From: Candidatus Spongiisociaceae bacterium
GTDB taxonomy: Bacteria > Actinomycetota > Acidimicrobiia > Spongiisociales > Spongiisociaceae
Length of the DNA stretch: 64,000 nt
Direction: 5' to 3'
Assembly (NCBI GenBank): GCA_965219685.1
Contig: CBDCOH010000002.1
Coordinates: 3,968,001 to 4,032,000, forward strand
Part shown: positions 58,125 through 64,000 of the stretch, piece by piece
How positions within the stretch are numbered: the first letter of the stretch is position 1
How the letters are laid out: the number at the start of each line of letters is the position of its first letter
The notes under the pieces: model-generated
The model's input: the letters and a program-made list of their open reading frames with translations, nothing else
The model's database searches: none
Told to the model about the DNA's origin: nothing
Made by a program: the position numbers and the translations under genes

Positions 58125-58973
58125 TCAGTTGCCGGTGATCACGTAGCCAAGCGCGCGGTCGACGTTCTTGGGTACCCAGGCGTCGAATCCGTTCCACGAT
58201 CCGTAGCCGGCGCGCAGTTCTTCGGTGACCGCCCGGCAGACTTCGTCCCTGAACCGTTCCGTCATGGCGATGCCGTCCTCGCCCGGCAGGGGGTTCTGGC
58301 CGCCACCCCGACGGAAGGCCGCTTCGGTACGTTCCACGAGTTCCTCGAAGTAGGCGAGATACCCGGTCACCCAATCCGGATCACCCGGCCCGCGATGTCC
58401 TCCCATCACGGTGCGGAACTCCAGGCCGGAGGCAGCCCGCAAGCTCCTGATGCTGCCGATGATGTCTGTGTCGGGCAGTTCGCGGTAGGGCGCCACTCCC
58501 GGCTCCACCAGATCCACGAACAGGAGCATCGGGCCGGTCCCGGTCGGAAGGAGGAACGCCGAGTTGGTGCGCGAGTGGTTGGGGCCGAAGTGGTGGAGTT
58601 CGATCTCGTATGCCCCGAACTCCAGTACCTCGTCATCTCCCAGGTGGCGGGTCGGGTGGACGATGTTCCGGTCGCCCCGGGCGGCCAGCCACGGTCCGAC
58701 CGAGTGATGGGCGATTACTTCGGCCTCGGGGGCCAATGCCCGGGCACCGGTTATGTGGTCTCGGTGGTCGTGGCTGTAGAGGATCCATCTGACCGGCTCC
58801 GAGGTTATCGACGCGATCGCATCTCGATAGGCAACAGCCGCGGTCTCGTCTATCGGGTCGGTGGCGACCACTCCCGAACCCGTCACGGCGAAGACACTGG
58901 CGTAGAACCCCGGCCTCCAACGGAACACATGCGTGCCCTCGCCCAGATCCTCGACAGTCCAGAGGTTGCTCAT
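58125..58973 (-). CDS. Metallo-beta-lactamase-fold hydrolase
   Basis: YSHDHRDH, GPNHS, VD, GGH. Confidence 0.93.
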   Translation of the reverse strand: MSNLWTVEDLGEGTHVFRWRPGFYASVFAVTGSGVVATDPIDETAAVAYRDAIASITSEPVRWILYSHDHRDHITGARALAPEAEVIAHHSVGPWLAARGDRNIVHPTRHLGDDEVLEFGAYEIELHHFGPNHSRTNSAFLLPTGTGPMLLFVDLVEPGVAPYRELPDTDIIGSIRSLRAASGLEFRTVMGGHRGPGDPDWVTGYLAYFEELVERTEAAFRRGGGQNPLPGEDGIAMTERFRDEVCRAVTEELRAGYGSWNGFDAWVPKNVDRALGYVITGN

Positions 58974-59420
58974 CGCGGCATCCTAGATGACTGGTTCCTA
59001 GTCGGTAATCTCTAGTTTCTAGTTGGTACTCGACGGTTAACGTTAGATCGGATCATTTGCCATCCTCCATAGTGCTGTTTGGGTCTCGCGTTTGCGCCAT
59101 GGGTGGCTCTTCACGAATTGGCAGCCCTGGGGTCCGAGTCCAGGAATAGGGTCACACCAGTTGCAGGCGTGTTGTGCAGCGTTGTGTAGCGATCATAGAG
59201 GTACGGTCGCTGCTGATCAGCTTCTTTGGAACTACTCGTCTAGGGCGCTCCGGCGATACCGCCGGTTGGAACGATCGAGGGAGCCGGTGGCCTGTCACGT
59301 GTCGAGGAGCCACGCGAGCATGGAGGTGGGGATGGCCATCAGTCCCGGAGACTCAGGGTTCAGGACGATGCGAATAGCGGCGGAACCCTACAATATTGAA
59401 AGCCACGCTTCAATTCAGGG

Positions 59421-59453
59421 TACTTTTTCGAAAGTCAAGTTTTCGAAAAAGTA
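59421..59453. promoter_or_regulatory. Perfect 13-7-13 AT-rich inverted repeat
   Basis: TACTTTTTCGAAA-GTCAAGT-TTTCGAAAAAGTA. Confidence 0.6.
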
Positions 59454-59558
59454 GAAATCTCCAAAACTACGGCTCGACGTACGTGTAATTCACGAACCCG
59501 ACCACCGATCCCGGGACCGAACAGTAGGGTGGCAGTCGAGCGTCCTGTGGAGTCCACG

Positions 59559-60350
59559 ATGACAATCCGTCGCCGAATCGTCGATACGCCGCACGGGCAG
59601 ATGCATGTGAGGGCTACCGACGGGGAGGGACTCCCGCTGCTGCTGCTCCACCAGTCGCCGCGCAGCGGACTCATGTACGAACCGCTCATGGAGCGTTGCA
59701 GCCGTCCGACGATGGCGCCGGACCGGCTGGGCTACGGGTTCTCCGATCCCGGGCCCGACGATCCGGCCATCGAAACCTACGCGGAGTCCACGATGGCGGT
59801 GGTGGACGACGCCGGCTGGGATGCCTTCGACATCCTCGGGATCCACACCGGTTCCATGGAGGCCGTGGCTATCGGCATCGGGTGGCCGGATCGGGTGAAC
59901 CGGGTGGCGATCGTGGCGGTCCCCGTGTTCAACGACGAGGAGGCGGCCGAGATAGCGACTCTCTACGCGGAGCCGCGGGCAAGGCCGGTCGACGACGGCT
60001 CCCACCTGCTCGAGTACTGGCGGGCCCGGCTGGTGTGGCGGGATCCGCCCTACGACCTGCAACATCTGCAGAGCCTCACGGTTGAGGAACTGCTGGTGGG
60101 TGATCGGGCGCATATCGCGTACCGGGCGGTGGTCGGCTGGCCGATGCAACGGAAACTCGACGAGTTACCGGTTCCCTTGGTGGTCTTCGCCCCGCACGAC
60201 GATCTCATCGTGCAGACGGCGTACATGCGCGACAGGCTTCCCCCAGGGACCGTCTACGTAGACCTGCCCCACATGGACATGGACATCTTCCATCGCCACG
60301 CCGACGAGATGGCCTCCCTAGTGGCCGAACACCTACCTGGTGAGTGGTGA
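59559..60350 (+). CDS. Alpha/beta-hydrolase-fold protein (GIHTG elbow)
   Basis: PLLLLHQSP, APDRLGYGFSD, LGIHTG, WPDRV. Confidence 0.92.
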   Translation: MTIRRRIVDTPHGQMHVRATDGEGLPLLLLHQSPRSGLMYEPLMERCSRPTMAPDRLGYGFSDPGPDDPAIETYAESTMAVVDDAGWDAFDILGIHTGSMEAVAIGIGWPDRVNRVAIVAVPVFNDEEAAEIATLYAEPRARPVDDGSHLLEYWRARLVWRDPPYDLQHLQSLTVEELLVGDRAHIAYRAVVGWPMQRKLDELPVPLVVFAPHDDLIVQTAYMRDRLPPGTVYVDLPHMDMDIFHRHADEMASLVAEHLPGEW

Positions 60351-60385
60351 GTGGTGAGTGGTGAGTGGTGAGTGGTGAGTGGTGG
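60340..60385 (+). repeat. Heptamer array (GTGAGTG)6
   Basis: Encodes the last residues (GEW*) of the hydrolase. Confidence 0.96.
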
Positions 60386-60465
60386 TAACTCTTCGGGGTA
60401 ATCAGCTACCGAGCTAGGACCAGGTCGCGATGCGCCAGGTCCGGTAGCCGTTTACTGGCACCTCG

Positions 60466-61947
60466 TCAACGGGTCCCTGGTCTGCGGAGCAGGGGCAGGC
60501 CTACCAGCACGCCGAGGCCGAAGACAATGCCGGCCAGGATCATGAGGTTGCCGAATGCGTCGCCGGAGGCGGATCGGATTACGGCTTCGACCTCATACGG
60601 CATGGAGGTTTCGAAACTGGCGAACCTGACGCTGTCGGCGTCGTAACCGAGCGATTCCAGGGCGCCGCGGGAGCGGAACTGGGTGGCGAAGGTGGCAAAC
60701 GTCCCGAAGAGAGCGACCGAGAACGAGGCTCCGACCTGGCGCACCGCACTCAGAGAGGCTGACCCGGCCGATGCGAACGTTGGCGGCACGCTGCTGACTA
60801 TGGCGGTGCTCTCGATCGAGAAGTGCCATCCGAGGGCCAGGCCGAAGAGGGCCAGGGGCGGAAGGATCGCAGCTATCGAGGAAGCCGAGTTTGCCACTAG
60901 GCCGAACCAGACCAACGAGGTCGCCATGAGGACCATGCCCATGATCAGCGGCCGCTCGAACCCCAGGCGGTCCCCTGCGGTACCTGCCAGGTAGGGGCTG
61001 AAGGTCAGCGGAACGAACACGATGGCGAGGATCACCCCGGCCGTCCACGGGCTCATCGACAGTACGGACTGCAGGTACAGGACGATGAGGAAGAACACAC
61101 CAGTGACGGCGGTGTTGGCGCAGACGCCGATTCGCAGCACCGTTCCGAATGAGGAGTTGGCGAACAGCGCCGGGTCGACCATCGGATGATCCGACCGGCG
61201 CTCGACCAGGACGAATGCGGCTGCTGTCGCCAGCCCCAACGCCACGCTCGCCCAGACGATGGGGGAGGTCAGACCGCGCCGACCGGCCTCGACGAAACCG
61301 AAGGTGAGGAAGAACAGGGCTACGGTCGCGGTGGCCATGCCCGGATAGTCGATGCTGGCCTGTCTCCTCACCCGGTCGTCCGGCACGAACTTGACCATCC
61401 CGGCCGCCCCGATCACGGAGAACACGGCCGTCACCCAGAAGATTGCGGGCCAATCGAGGTGTTCCACCATCCATCCGGCCATCAGCGGGCCGGCGATCAG
61501 CGCCCCGGATGACAGGCCGATCCAGATCCCGACGGCTTTCCCCCGTTCGCGTTCATCGAAGACCACGCCGATCTGGGCCAGAGCGTTGGGGAACAGCAGC
61601 GCCATCCCGAACCCCTGCACTGCCCTTGCGCCGAGCAGCAGTCCGACCGTCGGGGTGAGCGCCGCGGCGATCGTACCGGCCAGGTACAACCAGTATCCCA
61701 ACAGCATGGTCCGGCGCCGACCGTAGAGATCCCCGAGCGACGCGCTGAGCGGCAGCAGGGTGGCGTTGCCGAGCGCGAACATGACGGTGATCCACTGCAG
61801 GTCCGAGATCGACGCTCCGAGGTCGCGGCCGATCGTCGGGAGAGCGACGATGACCATCGTGCCGTCGAGGTTGGGGATCCCCAATGCCGGGAACAGAGCT
61901 ACGAGTACCCACCATCGACTTCGGCCGGGCGGGTTGGGCGGTGACAC
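60466..61947 (-). CDS. DHA2/EmrB-QacA MFS transporter
   Basis: LDGTMVIVALPTI, LGDLYGRR, ARAVQG, GPLMAG, RQVG. Confidence 0.95.
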   Translation of the reverse strand: MSPPNPPGRSRWWVLVALFPALGIPNLDGTMVIVALPTIGRDLGASISDLQWITVMFALGNATLLPLSASLGDLYGRRRTMLLGYWLYLAGTIAAALTPTVGLLLGARAVQGFGMALLFPNALAQIGVVFDERERGKAVGIWIGLSSGALIAGPLMAGWMVEHLDWPAIFWVTAVFSVIGAAGMVKFVPDDRVRRQASIDYPGMATATVALFFLTFGFVEAGRRGLTSPIVWASVALGLATAAAFVLVERRSDHPMVDPALFANSSFGTVLRIGVCANTAVTGVFFLIVLYLQSVLSMSPWTAGVILAIVFVPLTFSPYLAGTAGDRLGFERPLIMGMVLMATSLVWFGLVANSASSIAAILPPLALFGLALGWHFSIESTAIVSSVPPTFASAGSASLSAVRQVGASFSVALFGTFATFATQFRSRGALESLGYDADSVRFASFETSMPYEVEAVIRSASGDAFGNLMILAGIVFGLGVLVGLPLLRRPGTR

Positions 61948-62056
61948 CTGAGCACGTTACTAGCGATTCGCGACGGGGCGAGGGGGTTCCCGGTACTATC
62001 TTGCTGGGCGGGCCTTCCTAGGCGGGCCTCCCTTCAGTTGGCGGCCGGGAGGGGAC

Positions 62057-62764
62057 GTGTTCGAGCCTTACGTACTTCTCAAGACGCTGCATGTCCTGCT
62101 GATCGCAACCTGGCTGGGGATGGACTTCGGGACCTTCATCTCCTACAAGCGGATGCGCGACGCCTCGCTCTCGATCGACACCCGCAAGCAGATGTACCGG
62201 GTGTTCGCGTTCATCGACATGGGCCCCCGGTCCTCCCTGGTGCTCATGCTGACCCTCGGTGTGGCCCTCACCTACATGGGAGGGTGGGGCTTCGCCGGTT
62301 CTGGAGGGCGCGCCTTTGCCATCGTGGTGGCCATCCTGGGGATCGTCTGGGTGGCGGCCATGTGGCACCAGTACTGGGTGCATGAGGCGCCGCCGGGCGA
62401 GCCGAGGCCTGAGCTGCACGTGAGGATCCAGAAGGTGTTCCGTCCCCTCGACATCTGGCTCCGGGTGGGGCTCGCCGGGGGTCTCGCAGTCGCCGCCGTT
62501 GTCTCGCTTGCCGGCGGGGACGGACCGATCCACGCCAACTGGCTCTCGTGGAAGCTGATCCTTTTCGCGGGCATCGTGATGTCGGGCGTCGGCATCCGGA
62601 TCTTCCTCCCGGCTGTGGCCAGCGCCGTAGCCGAGATCTTCACCAAGGGTTCGACCCCCGAGCGAGAAGCAGCTTTGACCGCCGGATCGCGCCGGACCAT
62701 CTGGTTCGTGTACGCCATCTGGGTGCTGATCATCGCCATCTCGTGGGTGGCGATCGCGGGGTAG
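62057..62764 (+). CDS. Uncharacterised 6-TM membrane protein
   Basis: LKTLHVL...WLGMD.G, IDMGPR, WLSWKL. Confidence 0.85.
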   Translation: MFEPYVLLKTLHVLLIATWLGMDFGTFISYKRMRDASLSIDTRKQMYRVFAFIDMGPRSSLVLMLTLGVALTYMGGWGFAGSGGRAFAIVVAILGIVWVAAMWHQYWVHEAPPGEPRPELHVRIQKVFRPLDIWLRVGLAGGLAVAAVVSLAGGDGPIHANWLSWKLILFAGIVMSGVGIRIFLPAVASAVAEIFTKGSTPEREAALTAGSRRTIWFVYAIWVLIIAISWVAIAG

Positions 62765-62771
62765 GCAGGAG

Positions 62772-63203
62772 GTGAGCGAGCTCAGGAGGCGCCTCGCCCG
62801 AGTGGTGGGGATCTGGGAAGGCACGTACACCTCGGTCACGCCGACCGGGGAGTTGATCGAGCGGTACCGGAGCCGCCAGGAGACCAGGCTCGACGGCGAC
62901 GTGTGGCGCGAGCGCATCACTTACTTTCGCGAAGATCAGGAACCTCAGACCTACGACTTCACGGGCCGGTTCGAAGGCGAGATGCTCCTGTTCGAGGACG
63001 ACGACATCTCCGGCGACACCTACTTCGTAGGTGACGACATCCTGGTACTGCCTTACACGTGGAAGTCACGTCCGGACGAGCAGGTGGTCGAGACCGTGAT
63101 CCTGGCCACTCCCTCCCACAAGGCCCGCATCTGGCAGGTCTTCGACAGCGGGGAACTGGTCCGCGTGATGATCATCAGCGAGCATCTAGTCGGTAGTCGG
63201 TAG
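62772..63203 (+). CDS. DUF3598-like beta-barrel (lipocalin-like) protein
   Basis: GIWEGTY N-terminal motif; E.V.L...KARIWQ.F..GEL..V..I.E. Confidence 0.75.
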   Translation: MSELRRRLARVVGIWEGTYTSVTPTGELIERYRSRQETRLDGDVWRERITYFREDQEPQTYDFTGRFEGEMLLFEDDDISGDTYFVGDDILVLPYTWKSRPDEQVVETVILATPSHKARIWQVFDSGELVRVMIISEHLVGSR

Positions 63204-63317
63204 TCGGTAGTCGGTAGTCGGTAGTCGGTAGTCGGTAGTGGCCCTTCTGGCAACCATTCACCATTCACCATTCACCATTCACCATTCACCATTCACCATT
63301 CACCATTCACCATTCAC
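63188..63317. repeat. Head-to-head heptamer arrays (TAGTCGG)7 and (CCATTCA)9
   Basis: Direct reading; short spacer between two different repeat units. Confidence 0.96.
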
Positions 63318-63346
63318 GCCGCCCGAGGGGTGGTACCATGTATGGC

Positions 63347-63556
63347 ATGAGGAAGACCACGGTCTATCTGCCGGACTCGCTCAAGCGCGAGGTGGAACGC
63401 CAGGCTCGCAGGCGCTCGTGCTCCGAGGCGGAGGTAATCCGGCAAGCGATTCGGGATGCGATCGCGCGTCCTGAGCCCCGGCCCGGGATCATCCCGGGAG
63501 GCGACTCCTGGGCGGAGCGTGTCGACGACCACTTGGGGGGATTCGGCGATAGATGA
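63347..63556 (+). CDS. vapB: RHH/CopG antitoxin
   Basis: MRKTTVYLPDSLK...SEAEVIRQAI; leaderless extended -10 TGGTACCAT at 63331. Confidence 0.92.
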   Translation: MRKTTVYLPDSLKREVERQARRRSCSEAEVIRQAIRDAIARPEPRPGIIPGGDSWAERVDDHLGGFGDR

Positions 63557-63966
63557 TCATTGCCGACACCAGCGGCCTCATCGCCTTCTTCAGCGAGTCG
63601 GGACGGCATCACGAGGCAGTTGTAGCCTGGTTGGAGGGAAACAACCGGACAATGGTGGTCTCCCCATTCGTCATAGCCGAGGTCGACTACCTGGTGGCGA
63701 CCCGCAAGGGGCTGGAAGCAGAGTTGAGCGTCCTTCGGGAGTTGGCCGGTGGCGCCTACGAACTGCCCGCGATGAGCGCCGAGGATATCGAAGCGGCGGC
63801 CGAAGTGGTGCATCGTTATCGCGACCTGGGGATCGGGATCGCCGATGCGTCTCTGGTGATACTGGCCGAGCGGTACGGCACGCGCACCATCCTGACGCTG
63901 GACCGGAGGCTCGGGGTCGTGCGCCCGCTGGGTGGCGGTCACTTCGAGATCATCCCCGGACGTTGA
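63553..63966 (+). CDS. vapC: PIN-domain toxin
   Basis: IIADTSG, VIAEVDY, IADASLV, TLDRR; ATGA overlap. Confidence 0.94.
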   Translation: MIIADTSGLIAFFSESGRHHEAVVAWLEGNNRTMVVSPFVIAEVDYLVATRKGLEAELSVLRELAGGAYELPAMSAEDIEAAAEVVHRYRDLGIGIADASLVILAERYGTRTILTLDRRLGVVRPLGGGHFEIIPGR

Positions 63967-64000
63967 GCGTACTTTGACGGATCGAAGGGCACGGCGGGCA

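Noticed and set aside
55642-59048. GTTAGAT motifs as integron attC sites
   Set aside because: No matching RYYYAAC arm or attC hairpin was found, and there is no integrase
1-64000. rRNA, tRNA, intact transposase, integrase or prophage structural genes
   Set aside because: No recognisable signatures seen

Overview
High-GC actinobacterial DNA, most consistent with a marine or sponge-associated Acidimicrobiia (F420-dependent enzymes, an LprG/P55-like pair, leaderless TANNNT-ATG promoters, a symbiont-type Ig-like surface domain). No rRNA, tRNA or CRISPR array is visible. The left third (1-24 kb) is a decaying accessory patchwork. It holds two recQ relics with a broken dprA, IS21-type end remnants including an abutted IR-IR junction, frameshifted HigA and VapB45/VapC45-like toxin-antitoxin genes, and several duplicated gene fragments. 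Intact candidate defence or TA modules there include an XRE-ImmA pair, a low-GC HAD + 6-TM pair and a TIGR04255 three-gene operon. The right two-thirds (24-64 kb) is intact catabolic and transport cargo. Its centrepiece is a 12-gene minus-strand operon (40679->32951): DJ-1/PfpI, two SnoaL/NTF2 proteins, a toluene-monooxygenase-type soluble di-iron monooxygenase in non-canonical order with a GR-type reductase, a translationally coupled ribosomal protein uL22 paralogue, DUF59 and ABM. The cargo modules are punctuated by about a dozen heptanucleotide tandem arrays. Their G-rich strand consistently points away from the adjacent gene, and they often supply its stop codon. All family calls come from motif recognition by eye, not from database searches.
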